A stretch of 64,000 nucleotides of DNA from an uncultured Actinomycetota bacterium. GTDB taxonomy: Bacteria; Actinomycetota; CALGFH01. The stretch covers positions 39,859 to 103,858 of the forward strand of contig CAVTCL010000018.1 of the NCBI GenBank assembly GCA_963733175.1, written 5' to 3'. A program made the position numbers and the translations under genes. Below, piece after piece: positions 20,936-31,539 of the stretch (positions within the stretch are counted from its first letter, which is position 1; each line of letters starts with the position of its first letter). The notes under the pieces were generated by a model. The model ran no database searches. It worked only from the letters and a program-made list of their open reading frames with translations, and was not told the origin of the DNA.

Positions 20936-22185
20936 AGGCCGGCCTCCTCCAGGGCCGCGCCCAGCCGGGCCAGCCCCTCGTCGATCTCCTCCTCGGTGAC
21001 CACCAGCGGCGGGGCCAGGCGCAGGGCGGTGTCGGTGACCGGGTTGACGACCAGGCCCCGGCCGAGCGCGGCCAGGGCGGCCTGCCTGGCGTCCGCCGGG
21101 GCCTCGGGGCCGAAGTCGAGCGCGAACCACAGGCCCGCCCCCCGGACCTCGGCCCCGGGCAGGCCCTCGTCGGGCTCGCCGGCGGTCGGCGGGGCCCAGG
21201 TGGAGCGGCCGGTGAGGCGGCCCCGCAGCTCCTGGAGCCCGTCGGCCAGCCGGGTCGAGACCTTGTCGACGTGGCCGCCGAGCAGCGGCTCGATCACGTC
21301 AAGGGTGGCCAGGGCGGCGGTGCAGGCGACCGGGTTGCCGCCGAAGGTGGTGCCGTGGTCGCCACGCTGCATGGCGTCGGCGACCTCGGTCCTGGCGATG
21401 GTGGCCCCGATCGGGTAGCCGGAGCCGAGCGCCTTGGCCATGGTGACCACGTCCGGGCGGATCTCGTCGTGCTGGTGGGCGAAGAAGCGGCCGGTGCGGC
21501 CCATCCCCGACTGGATCTCGTCCACGATCAGCAGCACCCCGGCCCGCGAGGTCAGCTCCCGGACCGCCCGCAGGTAGCCGGGGGGCGGGACCCGGATGCC
21601 GGCCTCGCCCTGGATCGGCTCGACCAGCACCGCCGCCGTGTCCGGCCCGATGGCCGCGGCCAGCGCGTCGGCGTCGCCGAAGGGGACGTGGGAGAACCCG
21701 GGCGGCAGCGGCTGGAACGGGGCGTGCATCTCAGGCTTGCCGGTGGCGGCCAGGGTGGCCAGGGTGCGGCCGTGGAAGCCGCCAAGGGTGGCCACGATCC
21801 CGGTGGCCTGCTCGCCCCGGTTGGCCCGGCCCCAGCGCCTGGCCACCTTGATGGCGGCCTCGTTGGCCTCGGCCCCGGAGTTGGACAGGAACACCTTGGC
21901 GTCGCCGCCGAACAGGCCGACGAGGCGTTCGGCCAGCTCCACCTGGGGCCCGGTGAAGTACAGGTTGGAGGTGTGGCCGAGGGTGCCGAGCTGGGCGGTC
22001 ACCGCCTCCACGACCCTCGGGTGGGCGTGGCCGGCCGCGACCACCGCGATCCCGCCCAGGAAGTCCAGGTACTCGCGGCCGCGGGCGTCCCACAGGTGGA
22101 CCCCCTGGCCGCGGACGAACTCGACCTGGGGCCGGACGTAGGTCGGCCACAGCACCGCCGCCTCCCGCTCGGGCAGGTTGGTCAT
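20926..22185 (-). CDS. argD: Acetylornithine aminotransferase
   Basis: NSGAEANEAAIK, FHGRT, EPIQGE, DEIQSGMGRTG, AKALG, HGTTFGGNP. Confidence 0.95.
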   Translation of the reverse strand: MTNLPEREAAVLWPTYVRPQVEFVRGQGVHLWDARGREYLDFLGGIAVVAAGHAHPRVVEAVTAQLGTLGHTSNLYFTGPQVELAERLVGLFGGDAKVFLSNSGAEANEAAIKVARRWGRANRGEQATGIVATLGGFHGRTLATLAATGKPEMHAPFQPLPPGFSHVPFGDADALAAAIGPDTAAVLVEPIQGEAGIRVPPPGYLRAVRELTSRAGVLLIVDEIQSGMGRTGRFFAHQHDEIRPDVVTMAKALGSGYPIGATIARTEVADAMQRGDHGTTFGGNPVACTAALATLDVIEPLLGGHVDKVSTRLADGLQELRGRLTGRSTWAPPTAGEPDEGLPGAEVRGAGLWFALDFGPEAPADARQAALAALGRGLVVNPVTDTALRLAPPLVVTEEEIDEGLARLGAALEEAGLCR

Positions 22186-23123
22186 GTCTCGACCTCCCGA
22201 TCCATCGGGGCACCCCCTTGGGGTTCCCCGAACCCCTCCGGCTCTTCCGCGGCGACCATGGTCCCGACGCCGGAGTCGGTGAACAGCTCCAGCAGCAGGG
22301 CGTGCTCGCGGCGGCCGTCGAGGATGTGGGCCCGGCCGACCCCGCCGCGCAGGGCGGTCACGATCCCGGTGAGCTTGGGCACCATCCCGGCCGCGACCTG
22401 GCCGCCGGCCAGGATGGCCTCGACCTCGGCCACGCCGAGCTGGGGGAGCAGCGAGCCGGGGTCGTCCAGGTCGGCGAACAGGCCCTCGACGTCGGTCAGG
22501 TAGACCAGCTTCTCGGCGCCGAGGGCCGCGGCCAGGGAGCCGGCGGCGGCGTCGGCGTTGACGTTGTAGGGCTGGCCCTCGGGGCCGGCGGCCACCGTGG
22601 CCACCACCGGCACCAGGCCCTTGTCGGTGAGGGCGCGCAGGGCCGTGGGGTCGACCGCCTCGACGTCGCCGACGTAGCCGAGGTCGCGCCCGCCCGGGTC
22701 GACCCGGGGCCGGGCCCGGAGCAGCAGGCCGTCCTCGCCGGACAGGCCGACGGCCAGGCGGCCGTGGGTGTTGATCCGGCCCACCAGGGTCTTGTTGACC
22801 CGCCCGACCAGCACCATGCGGGCCAGGTCCATGGTCTCGGCGTCGGTGACCCGGTGGCCGTCGACGAACACCGGCTCCTTGCCGAAGCGGGCCATGAGCT
22901 GGCTGACCTCGGGGCCGCCGCCGTGGACCACGATCACGTCCACGCCCACATAGCGCAGCAGGACCACGTCGTCGACGAAGGCGTCGAACCCGGCCGTGCC
23001 CATGGCCGCCCCGCCGTACTTGACCACCACCGTGCAGCCCGACAGCCGCTTGATCCACGGCAGGGCCTCGTGGACGGCGGCCGCCTTGGCCTGGAGGTCG
23101 TCGAGGGAGGCAGCCCTAGTCAC
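22182..23123 (-). CDS. argB: Acetylglutamate kinase
   Basis: VVKYGGAAM, VHGGGP, YNVNAD, GMVPK, ELFTDSGVGTM. Confidence 0.95.
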   Translation of the reverse strand: MTRAASLDDLQAKAAAVHEALPWIKRLSGCTVVVKYGGAAMGTAGFDAFVDDVVLLRYVGVDVIVVHGGGPEVSQLMARFGKEPVFVDGHRVTDAETMDLARMVLVGRVNKTLVGRINTHGRLAVGLSGEDGLLLRARPRVDPGGRDLGYVGDVEAVDPTALRALTDKGLVPVVATVAAGPEGQPYNVNADAAAGSLAAALGAEKLVYLTDVEGLFADLDDPGSLLPQLGVAEVEAILAGGQVAAGMVPKLTGIVTALRGGVGRAHILDGRREHALLLELFTDSGVGTMVAAEEPEGFGEPQGGAPMDREVET

Positions 23124-23180
23124 GATGACTCCTCCGGGGCCATCCGGCGGCGATGGACCGGATCCGTCGCCGGCTGGGCC

Positions 23181-24458
23181 TCATGTGGTGTACTCCGAGT
23201 TGAGGCGGACGTACTCGGGGGTGAGGTCGCTGGTCCGGACCTCGGCCCAGGGGCCGGTCCCGCCCAGGTGGAGCCGGACCTCGACCTCCCGGGCGGCCAT
23301 GGCCGCGCTCGCGTCGGCCCCCGTGGGCCGGCCCTGGCTGACCAGCAGCACCCGCTCCAGGGGCCCGGCCGGCGGCTCGATCCCGGCCGCCCCCGGCCCG
23401 CCGGCGACCTCCAGGCGGGCCATGCCCGGGTCGAACCCGACCCCGGCCGTGCCCGCGGCCTGCAGCACCCGCCCCCAGTTGGGGTCGCCGCCGTAGACGG
23501 CCGCCTTGACCAGCGGGCTGTCGGCGACCCGGCGGGCAACGGCCAGCGCCTCGGCCTCGCCGGCGGCCCCGCCGACCTGCACGCTGACCACCTTGGTCCC
23601 GCCCTCGGCGTCGGCCAGCAGCTGCCCGGCCAGGTCGTGGCAGACCGCCCGCACGGCCCCGGCCAGGTCCCCCGGGTCGGGCCGGGCCCCCGACGCCCCC
23701 GAGGCCAGCAGCAGCACCGTGTCGTTGGTCGACTGGGCCCCGTCGACGGTGATCCGGTTGAAGGTGGTCGCGGTGCCCGCGGCCAGCGCCGCCCGCAGCA
23801 CCTCCGGCTCGGCCACCGCGTCGGTGGTCAGCACGGCCAGCATGGTCGCGTGGGCCCCCGCGACCAGCAGCTCCGGGGCCAGCATGGCCGCCCCCTTGGC
23901 CATGCCCCCGACGGTGGCGCCCCCGGCCACGCGCGTCCCCGCCTGCTTGGCCACCGTGTCGGTGGTGCGGATGGCCTCGGCCGCGGCCGGCCCGCCCGAC
24001 CGGTCGAGGGCGCCGGCGGCCTTGGCCACCCCGTCGGTCACCCTGGCCACGTCCAGCGGCACCCCGATCACCCCGGTGGAGCAGACCAGCACCTGCTCGG
24101 CCCGGCAGCCCAGCTCGGCGGCGGCCCGCTCGGCGGTGGCGAGCACGGCCGCCGGACCGGCCGGCCCGGTGCAGGCGTTGGCGTTGCCCGAGTTGAGCAC
24201 GACCACGCGGGCGTCGGCCGAGCCGGCCAGCCGGTCGCGCGACCACACCACCGGCGCCGCCACCACCTGGTTGGTGGTGAACACCCCGGCGGCCACCGTC
24301 CCCGGGTCGCCGACCACCAGGGCCAGGTCGGGCGCGCCCGACGCCTTGAGCCCGCAGTGGACCCCGCTGGCCCCGAACCCGGCCGCCGCCGTCACCCCCA
24401 GCCGCCGGTCGACCCGCACCGCGGCCTGGCGCGCCCCGGTTCCCGCCGCGCTCGTCAC
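23181..24458 (-). CDS. argJ: Bifunctional ornithine acetyltransferase/N-acetylglutamate synthase
   Basis: NSGNANACTG, STGVIG, AIRTTDT, MAKGAAM..ATML, STNDTV, DPNWGR, YVRLNSEYTT. Confidence 0.95.
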   Translation of the reverse strand: MTSAAGTGARQAAVRVDRRLGVTAAAGFGASGVHCGLKASGAPDLALVVGDPGTVAAGVFTTNQVVAAPVVWSRDRLAGSADARVVVLNSGNANACTGPAGPAAVLATAERAAAELGCRAEQVLVCSTGVIGVPLDVARVTDGVAKAAGALDRSGGPAAAEAIRTTDTVAKQAGTRVAGGATVGGMAKGAAMLAPELLVAGAHATMLAVLTTDAVAEPEVLRAALAAGTATTFNRITVDGAQSTNDTVLLLASGASGARPDPGDLAGAVRAVCHDLAGQLLADAEGGTKVVSVQVGGAAGEAEALAVARRVADSPLVKAAVYGGDPNWGRVLQAAGTAGVGFDPGMARLEVAGGPGAAGIEPPAGPLERVLLVSQGRPTGADASAAMAAREVEVRLHLGGTGPWAEVRTSDLTPEYVRLNSEYTT

Positions 24459-25507
24459 GGGCCCGGCGGGACGAGGTCGAGGCCGGCCGTCTCCGGCAGG
24501 CCGAGGGCGAGGTTGGCGCACTGGACGGCCTGGCCGGCGGCGCCCTTGACGAGGTTGTCGATGGCCGCCGCGGCCACCACCTTCCCGGCCCGCCGGTCGG
24601 CCGCGGCCGCCACCTGGGCCCGGTTGGTGGTGGCGACGGCGCGCGTGGCCGGCCAGCCGGCGGCCGGCTCGAGCAGGTCGACGAACGGCTCGCCGCCGTA
24701 GGCGGCGGCGTAGCAGGCGGCCAGCTCGTCGTCGCCGGCCGACGGGGCCAGGGTGGCGTAGCAGGTGGCCAGGAGGCCCCTGGTGGTGGGCACCAGGTGC
24801 GGGGTGAAGGTCACCGTGACCGGGGCGCCGGCGGCCAGGGCGAGCTCCTGCTCGATCTCGGGGGTGTGGCGGTGGCTCCCCACCTTGTAGGGGTTGACGT
24901 TCTCGTTGGCCTGGACGAACAGGTTGCCGTCGGCCAGCGAGCGGCCGGCCCCCGACAGCCCCGACTTGGCGTCGACCACGATCCCGTCGGTCGCGACCAG
25001 CCCGGCCGCGACCAGCGGGGCCAGCGCCAGCAGGGCCGCGGTCGGGTAGCAGCCGGGCACGGCCACCCGGGCGGCGCCCCGCAGCTCCTCGCGGTGCAGC
25101 TCGGGCAGGCCGTAGGGCCAGGCCCCGAGCTGGTCGGGGAACGGGTGCTCCGCCCCGTACCAGGCGGGGTAGGCACCCGGGTCGCGCAGCCGGAAGTCGG
25201 CCGAGAGGTCGACGACCAGCCCGGCCGCGGCCAGCGCCCGCGGGGCGAGCTCGGCCGCCCGGCCGTGCGGCAGGGCGCAGAACAGCACGTCGGCGCCCTT
25301 CTCCAGGCCCTCGGAGACCGAGCAGAAGGCGAGCTCGCCGTAGGCGGCGCGCAGGCCCGGGTAGCGGGAGTGCAGCGGCTGGCCGGCCGCCTGGTCACCG
25401 GCGGCCCAGGCGACGTCGAGGTCGGGGTGGCGGGCGAGCAGCCGCAGCAGCTCCGCCCCGGCGTAGCCCGAGGCGCCGAGCACGCCGACGTTGCGAGGGG
25501 AAGTCAT
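24455..25507 (-). CDS. argC: N-acetyl-gamma-glutamyl-phosphate reductase
   Basis: GASGYAG, DLSADFRL, PGCYPT, SGAGR, HRHTPEI, DNLVKGAAGQAVQ. Confidence 0.95.
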   Translation of the reverse strand: MTSPRNVGVLGASGYAGAELLRLLARHPDLDVAWAAGDQAAGQPLHSRYPGLRAAYGELAFCSVSEGLEKGADVLFCALPHGRAAELAPRALAAAGLVVDLSADFRLRDPGAYPAWYGAEHPFPDQLGAWPYGLPELHREELRGAARVAVPGCYPTAALLALAPLVAAGLVATDGIVVDAKSGLSGAGRSLADGNLFVQANENVNPYKVGSHRHTPEIEQELALAAGAPVTVTFTPHLVPTTRGLLATCYATLAPSAGDDELAACYAAAYGGEPFVDLLEPAAGWPATRAVATTNRAQVAAAADRRAGKVVAAAAIDNLVKGAAGQAVQCANLALGLPETAGLDLVPPGP

Positions 25508-25509
25508 GA

Positions 25510-25607
25510 GGATAGTTATGCAGAAGACCCTGAGAATATGCAACACCCCGCAGAACCTCGCATTCCTGCAGCAGTGCCGCTGTTGCGGACACCGCATGGA
25601 TATGCAA
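25510..25607. promoter_or_regulatory. Three ARG-box-like ArgR operators between argC and lysA
   Basis: Minus strand: CTGCATAACTATCC (25523-25510), TTGCATATTCTCAG (25543-25530) and TTGCATATCCATGCG (25607-25593). They resemble the actinobacterial TGCATA-N-ATGCA consensus and sit in an AT-richer patch. Confidence 0.75.
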
Positions 25608-25715
25608 GGCTCGACCCGGACAGACGCGTCAGGACGCGGCGGCAGCCCGCTCGGGCGGCCGCCGATTCGCGTGTCGTCCTCCGACTCCGCTGACCCGTCA
25701 TCGAGGCCTGCTGCC

Positions 25716-27101
25716 ATGACCAAGTCACCGTCAGCCCTCCGCCACCCGGCGCCCACCGGGGCCGCCCCGGCCACCGACGGCACCCCGTCCCGCCGCGTCC
25801 CCTGGCCGCCCGACCCCTACCACTACCTGGACGGGCGCCTGTGCGTGGGTGACCTGCCCCTGGAGGAGGTGGTGGCCGACACCGGCACGCCCGCCTACGT
25901 CTACGACCTGGACGCCGTCGCCGCCGCCTACCGGCGGGTGGCGGCCGCCTTCGAGCCGCTGGGCGCGCGGGTCCTGTACGCGGTCAAGGCCAACGCCAAC
26001 CTGGCCGTGCTCGGCACCCTGGCCGGGCTGGGGTCCGGCTTCGACGTGGTCAGCGGCGGGGAGCTGGTCCGGGTGCTGCGGGCCGGCGGCGACCCGGAGG
26101 CGTGCGTGTTCGCCGGCGTCGGCAAGACCAGCGAGGAGCTGGCCCTGGCCGTCGGCCACGGCGTCACCGTGCACGTGGAGTCGGCCGACGAGCTGGACGC
26201 CCTCCAGGCGGTGGCGGCCCGGCTGGAGCGGCCGGCCCGGTTCGCGATCCGCGTCAACCCCGACGTCGAGGTCGACACCCACGTCAACATCCAGACCGGC
26301 CACGACGAGGCCAAGTTCGGCGTCCCGGTCGCGGTGGCCCACGAGCTGCTCGGCCGGGCCGCCCGGGGCGAGCTGCCCCTGTGCGACCCGGTCGGGGTCC
26401 ATGTCCACGTCGGCTCCCAGCTCCCCGACCCCGAGGGCGTGGCCGCCGGGGCCAGGGTCGGGCTGGAGGTGCTCGAGGCCGGGCGGGCGGCCGGCCTGGA
26501 GCTGGACTGGCTGGACGTCGGCGGCGGGCTGCCGGTGGACTACGCCGGAGGGTCGGCCCTCGGGCCCGAGCTGTTCGCGGCCGCGCTGGCGCCGCTGCTG
26601 GCCGGCGGGAACGTCCGGCTGGCGGTCGAGCCGGGCCGGGCCCTGGTGGCCAGGGCCGGTGTCCTGGTGGCCAGCGTCCTGTACCGCAAGCACCGCAGCG
26701 CCGGGCGCATGCTGGTGGTCGACACCGGCATGCACCACCTGCTGCGGCCGGCCCTGTACCAGGCGGTGCACCGGGTGCGGCCGCTGCGGGCGGCCCCGCT
26801 GGCCGGCCCGACCGAGGTGGTCGGCCCCATCTGCGAGTCCACCGACGTGCTCGCCACCGAGGCCGACCTGCCCGACCTGGCCCCGGGCGAGCTGGTCGCC
26901 TTCATGGACGCCGGCGCCTACGGCATGACCATGGCCAGCAACTACAACGGCCAGCCGCGCCCGGCCGAGATCGTGGTCGCCGGCGGCGTGGCCAGGGTCG
27001 CCCGCCGCCGCGAGACCTGGGAGGAGCAGCTGGCCTGGGAGACGGGGACCGGCGCGGCCGTCGCCGCCACCCGCGGACCGGCCGGCACGCTCGGCTGGTA
27101 G
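25716..27101 (+). CDS. lysA: Diaminopimelate decarboxylase
   Basis: TPAYVYD, YAVKAN (PLP Lys), FDVVSGGE, HVGSQ, EPGRALV, GPICES, GAYGMTMASNYN. Confidence 0.93.
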   Translation: MTKSPSALRHPAPTGAAPATDGTPSRRVPWPPDPYHYLDGRLCVGDLPLEEVVADTGTPAYVYDLDAVAAAYRRVAAAFEPLGARVLYAVKANANLAVLGTLAGLGSGFDVVSGGELVRVLRAGGDPEACVFAGVGKTSEELALAVGHGVTVHVESADELDALQAVAARLERPARFAIRVNPDVEVDTHVNIQTGHDEAKFGVPVAVAHELLGRAARGELPLCDPVGVHVHVGSQLPDPEGVAAGARVGLEVLEAGRAAGLELDWLDVGGGLPVDYAGGSALGPELFAAALAPLLAGGNVRLAVEPGRALVARAGVLVASVLYRKHRSAGRMLVVDTGMHHLLRPALYQAVHRVRPLRAAPLAGPTEVVGPICESTDVLATEADLPDLAPGELVAFMDAGAYGMTMASNYNGQPRPAEIVVAGGVARVARRRETWEEQLAWETGTGAAVAATRGPAGTLGW

Positions 27102-27164
27102 CCAGGCGGTCGGACCGGTGGGCTACCATGGTCAGGGCACAGGTCTGGTGGTGGTTGCAGCGGC

Positions 27165-28322
27165 ATGGCCGACGTCCTGCTCGACGATGTCTCCCGGGTG
27201 TTCCCAGACGGCTCCGCGGCCGTCTCGCACCTGAGCCTGCACGTCCGCGACGCCGAGCTGCTGACGATCGTCGGCCCCAGCGGCTGCGGCAAGAGCACCG
27301 TCCTGCGGCTGATCGCCGGCCTCGACCCGCTCGGCGGCGGCACCATCAGCATCGGCGGCCGGGTGGTCAACCAGCTGACCCCGGGCGAGCGCAACGTGGC
27401 CATGGTGTTCGAGGCCGCCGCCCTCTACCCGCACCTGACCGCCGCCCAGAACCTCCGCTTCGGGCTGGCCATGCGCAAGCTGCCGGCCGACGAGATCCAG
27501 CAGCGGGTCGAGGCCGAGACCCGGGTGCTGCGGCTGGGGCGCTTCCTGGACCGCAAGCCGAAGACCCTGTCGGCCGGGCAGCGCCAGCGGGTGGCCGTCG
27601 GGCGGGCCACCGTGCGGGTCCCGGACGTGTTCCTGCTCGACGAGCCGCTCACCCACATGGACGCCGGCGAGCGCATCCGGCTCCGCACCGAGCTGGCCCA
27701 GCTCCAGCACGGCCTCGGCGTCACGGCCATCTACGTCACCCACGACCAGTCCCAGGCCATGGCCATCGGCGACCGGGTCGCGGTCATGCGGGCCGGCCGG
27801 ATCGAGCAGCTCGACGAGCCGCGGACGCTCTACCTGCGCCCGGCCAACACCTTCGTGGCCAGCTTCATGGGCGAGCCGGCCATGAACCTGGTGGCCGGCT
27901 TCATCGAGGAGGAAGCCGGCCGGGCCTTCGTGGTCCTGGGCGGCCAGCGCCTGCCCTTCCCGGGCACCCCGTCGGGGCTGCTGCGGGGCCGGAGCGGGCC
28001 CGTGACCGTCGGCATCCGGCCCGAGCACGTGACCGACGCCGGCTCCGAGCCCGGCCTGCCGGTGCTGTTCTCGACCGCCGCCCGGATCGAGCGCCTCGGC
28101 CACGAGCTGCTGGTCAGCTGCCCCATCGCCACCACCTCGGTCACCGTCGTCGACCACCCGGGGGTCGAGCAGCGCCCCGGCGGCCAGGCCCACCTGATCG
28201 CCCGCTTCCCCCGCGGCCACCCCGTCCGCCGCGACGACCGGGTCGAGCTGGCCGTCGACGTCAGCCAGCTGTCCCTGTTCGACCCCGCCACCGGCCAGGC
28301 CCTCTGGAACCCGGCGTCCTAG
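27165..28322 (+). CDS. Carbohydrate-type ABC transporter ATP-binding subunit (MalK/MsiK-like), orphan
   Basis: GPSGCGKS, LSAGQRQR, LLDEP, YVTHDQ, C-terminal GIRPE/TOBE region. Confidence 0.9.
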   Translation: MADVLLDDVSRVFPDGSAAVSHLSLHVRDAELLTIVGPSGCGKSTVLRLIAGLDPLGGGTISIGGRVVNQLTPGERNVAMVFEAAALYPHLTAAQNLRFGLAMRKLPADEIQQRVEAETRVLRLGRFLDRKPKTLSAGQRQRVAVGRATVRVPDVFLLDEPLTHMDAGERIRLRTELAQLQHGLGVTAIYVTHDQSQAMAIGDRVAVMRAGRIEQLDEPRTLYLRPANTFVASFMGEPAMNLVAGFIEEEAGRAFVVLGGQRLPFPGTPSGLLRGRSGPVTVGIRPEHVTDAGSEPGLPVLFSTAARIERLGHELLVSCPIATTSVTVVDHPGVEQRPGGQAHLIARFPRGHPVRRDDRVELAVDVSQLSLFDPATGQALWNPAS

Positions 28323-28367
28323 TCGACCGCGGAGCCGTCAGGCTATCGGTCGTCGGCCGAGGCCGAC

Positions 28368-29726
28368 TCAGCCGTCCCGGTCGACCCGCATCAGCATGGG
28401 GGCGCGGGGGCGCAGGGTGACGGCCGCCTCGACCTCGGCCGGGCGGGCCGGGAGCAGGCTGAGGCGGTAGCGCTGGGCGACCATGGCCACCACCAGGGGG
28501 AGCTGGAGCATGGCGAAGCCCTCGCCGATGCAGCGGCGGGGGCCGCCGGAGAAGGGGAAGAAGGCCATGCGGTGGCGCCCGCGGGCCGCCTCGGGGGCGA
28601 ACCGCTCCGGCTCGAAGCCCTCCGGGTTGTCCCAGAAGCCGGGGTGGCGGTGGGTCACGTACGGGCAGAGGGCGACGTTGGCCCCGGCCGGGATGCGGTA
28701 GCCGCCGACCTCGTCGTCGGCGGCGGCCCGGCGCAGCACCAGGTAGATGGGCGGGTACAGGCGCATCGCCTCCTGCACGACCATGGAGGTGTACGCGAGG
28801 CGGCCCAGGTCGGCCACGGCCGGCGGGCGGCCGCCGAGGACCTCGTCGACCTCGGCCCGCAGCCGCCGCCAGGCCGCCGGGTGGGTCGAGAGCAGGTACC
28901 AGGTCCAGGTCAGCGCCGAGGCGATGGTGGCGTGGCCGGCGATGAAGAAGCTGATCGTCTCGTCGCGGACCTGCTTGTCGGTCAGGCCGGTCCCGGTCTC
29001 CGGGTCGGTGACCTCGACCAGCATGCTGACCAGGTCCTCGCCGCCGGGCGAGCGCCGGCGCTCGGCGATCAGCGGGTACAGGATCGAGTCGAGCAGCTCC
29101 AGGCGGCGCTCGAAGCGGCGGGTCGAGGGCAGCGGCAGCCGGGCGGTGTCGACCACCGAGGTCAGGCGCCGAGTTGGCGAAGGCCAGGATGTCGCCGACG
29201 GCCGGGCCGGCCCGGTCGAGGTCGCGCCGCCAGTCGGTCTGGAACAGGGACGCGGCCAGGTTGGCCAGGCTGACCCTGACCATCGCCGACTCGACCTCCA
29301 GCGGCCGGCCGGTGTCGGCGTTGACCGCCCAGGAGTCCAGCACCTCGGAGGTGGCCTCGACGAACTGCCGCCCGTAGCCCTCCAGCGAGTGGCGCCGGAA
29401 CGCGGGCTGGGCCATGCGCCGGGAGCGGACCCAGCCGGCCCCCTCGGCCCCGACCAGGCCGCCGCCCACGATCGCCTGGAGCCGGTCGCGCACGAACGGC
29501 GGCCGCGGGTAGTTGGCCGCGTTGTCCTGCAGCACCTGCTTGACCGCGTCCGGGTGGGCCAGCAGGTACAGGGTCAGGGGGCCGCGGAAGCGGACCGTGT
29601 CGCCGTAGCCCCGCCAGGCGTCCAGGAACGCGTGCACGTTGTCCCGGCGGATCTCGGGGATGCTCCCCAAGAACAGATTTCCCCTGGGCCCCGGGGGCGT
29701 GCGGCCGTCCGCCGTCGCGACCAGCT
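28368..29726 (-). CDS. Cytochrome P450 (frameshift near 29170; start uncertain)
   Basis: PPGPRG N-terminus, IAGHAT I-helix, [22 protein letters not shown] heme motif. Confidence 0.9.
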
Positions 29727-29826
29727 CGCCCTCCGTCTGCTCGTTCCCGATGATCGGCGCCTCCGGGAGCTACGACCTGTTTACCACTTCCCTCCGCATC
29801 CGGGAACCACCCCCGACGTGCGCCGG

Positions 29827-31383
29827 TCAGCTCGGCAGGAGCTCGACGATCTCGGTGGCGATGCGCTTGTGGCCGTCGGGGTTGGGGTGCGGCCAGCCCG
29901 GCAGGTCCTGCTGCAGCTCGGTGTTGCGATGGTCGAGGCCGGTGGACACCATCCGCGCGTTCCGCCAGTACCGGGAGGCGTCCACCCCGTCCCGGTAGAT
30001 CGTGACCCTGTTCAGCAGGACGAGGCCGTCGTCGACCGCGCCGGCGCACGCCATGGGCAGGCTGGAGAGGAGGCCGCCGGTCCCGGCCATGTTGTAGTAC
30101 TCGACCCAGTAGATCTCGACGTTAGGGTCGGCGTCGCCGAGCTGGTCGACGATCTTGACGACGTTCTCGGCGATGGTCGCCATCTTCCCCGGTCCGTCCC
30201 ACGTGGCGTTGGTCACGTTGTTGCCGCCGATCATCGCCGCCCCCTTGAAGACCAGGTCCCTGCACTGGGCCGCGGTCACCCCGTTCAGCCTGCCCCTGAG
30301 GCTGCTGAAGGCGAGGCCGCCCAGGACCTCCGTCCAGTTGGTGTCGTTGATGCCGGCGGTGATCACCACCTTGTTGCCGCGAACGCCCTTGTCGGCGCGG
30401 GCCTTGAGGAGCGCCACCGCCTGGACGATGGGCGTGTCGAACGCGGTCTCCTTCATGCAGGCGGTCGTGCCGCCGTCGAGCACCCCGCCGGCTACCGTGC
30501 CCTTCGGCCAGAAGGCCTTGCTGGTGCCAAAGCCGCTGTGGGCGAGGTTGTGGTACTGGCCCGGGTCGGCCCAGACCTTGCCGGGCCTGGCGGCCAGGCG
30601 CCGGTAGACCTCGGCGGCGTAGCTGTAGTCGGGTGCGTCGCAGATGAGCTTGACCTGTCCATCCTGGTGCAGGTGGTGATGGCCCGAGGTGATGGAGTCG
30701 CCCAATGCGATCAGCACGGGCTTGTCGGCCAGCGGGTCGTTCCCGCCACCGCCCCCACCACCGGGCGGCCGCCCGGTGGTGGGCGGTGCGGTCCTGCTGG
30801 TGGACGGGATGCTGCTGCTCGTGGACGACGTGGTGGTGCTGGTCGGGGGGACCGTGGTGCTGGTCGGGGGGACCGTCGTGCTGGTCGGAGGAGCGGTGCT
30901 GGAAGGCGGAGCGGTGCTGCTGGTCGGCGAGGTGGTACTGCTGGTCGGCGGGACGGGGTCAGCACCGCCGAGGAGGCGTTGCAGGTAGTCGCACAGCCCG
31001 TCGAGTTGCCCATCGAATGCGGCTTCCAGGACCGCCATCAGCTCGTCGTCGATCCGCACCACCACGTTCGCCGTCGCCAGCGGCAGGCCGCAGACCATGA
31101 GGTAACCGTTGAGGTCCTCGGGCGTGAGCGTCATCGTCGCCGGCTCCACCACGCTGGACGAGGTCGACGATGCCGGAAGGCTCGTCGTGGTCGGCACGGT
31201 GGTGGTGGTCGGCTCGACGGTCGTGGTCGGCGCGAGGCTGGTGGACACGGCCGTCGCGGAGCCGGTGACGGGCTCGCCAGCCGTGAGGCCCTCGCCGACC
31301 ACGTCGTTGCCGCGGGCGAAGCTGGCCCCACCCACCAACAGCGCCACCATGAGCAGGGAGAGCAGTCCGCGTCGCCACATCAT
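29827..31383 (-). CDS. Secreted SGNH/GDSL hydrolase with Thr/Ser/Pro-rich linkers
   Basis: Signal peptide, PPTSTT repeats, [18 protein letters not shown]. Confidence 0.8.
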   Translation of the reverse strand: MMWRRGLLSLLMVALLVGGASFARGNDVVGEGLTAGEPVTGSATAVSTSLAPTTTVEPTTTTVPTTTSLPASSTSSSVVEPATMTLTPEDLNGYLMVCGLPLATANVVVRIDDELMAVLEAAFDGQLDGLCDYLQRLLGGADPVPPTSSTTSPTSSTAPPSSTAPPTSTTVPPTSTTVPPTSTTTSSTSSSIPSTSRTAPPTTGRPPGGGGGGGNDPLADKPVLIALGDSITSGHHHLHQDGQVKLICDAPDYSYAAEVYRRLAARPGKVWADPGQYHNLAHSGFGTSKAFWPKGTVAGGVLDGGTTACMKETAFDTPIVQAVALLKARADKGVRGNKVVITAGINDTNWTEVLGGLAFSSLRGRLNGVTAAQCRDLVFKGAAMIGGNNVTNATWDGPGKMATIAENVVKIVDQLGDADPNVEIYWVEYYNMAGTGGLLSSLPMACAGAVDDGLVLLNRVTIYRDGVDASRYWRNARMVSTGLDHRNTELQQDLPGWPHPNPDGHKRIATEIVELLPS

Positions 31384-31539
31384 CGGGTCCTCAGCGCCAG
31401 GTGCCGGGCCGGAACGCCGCCGGGGCGGAGGCGTCCTCAAGAGACATACGAGCGGGCCAGGCTCCCGGATCAGTCAGTGGGACGGCCGCCACCGCCCGGG
31501 CGCGCGGGCCCGGTCGCGGGTTCGCGATACGATCCGGCC

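Noticed and set aside
30780-30960. 21-bp-period tandem repeats
   Set aside because: They encode the PPTSTTV linker of the SGNH protein; ordinary low-complexity coding repeat.
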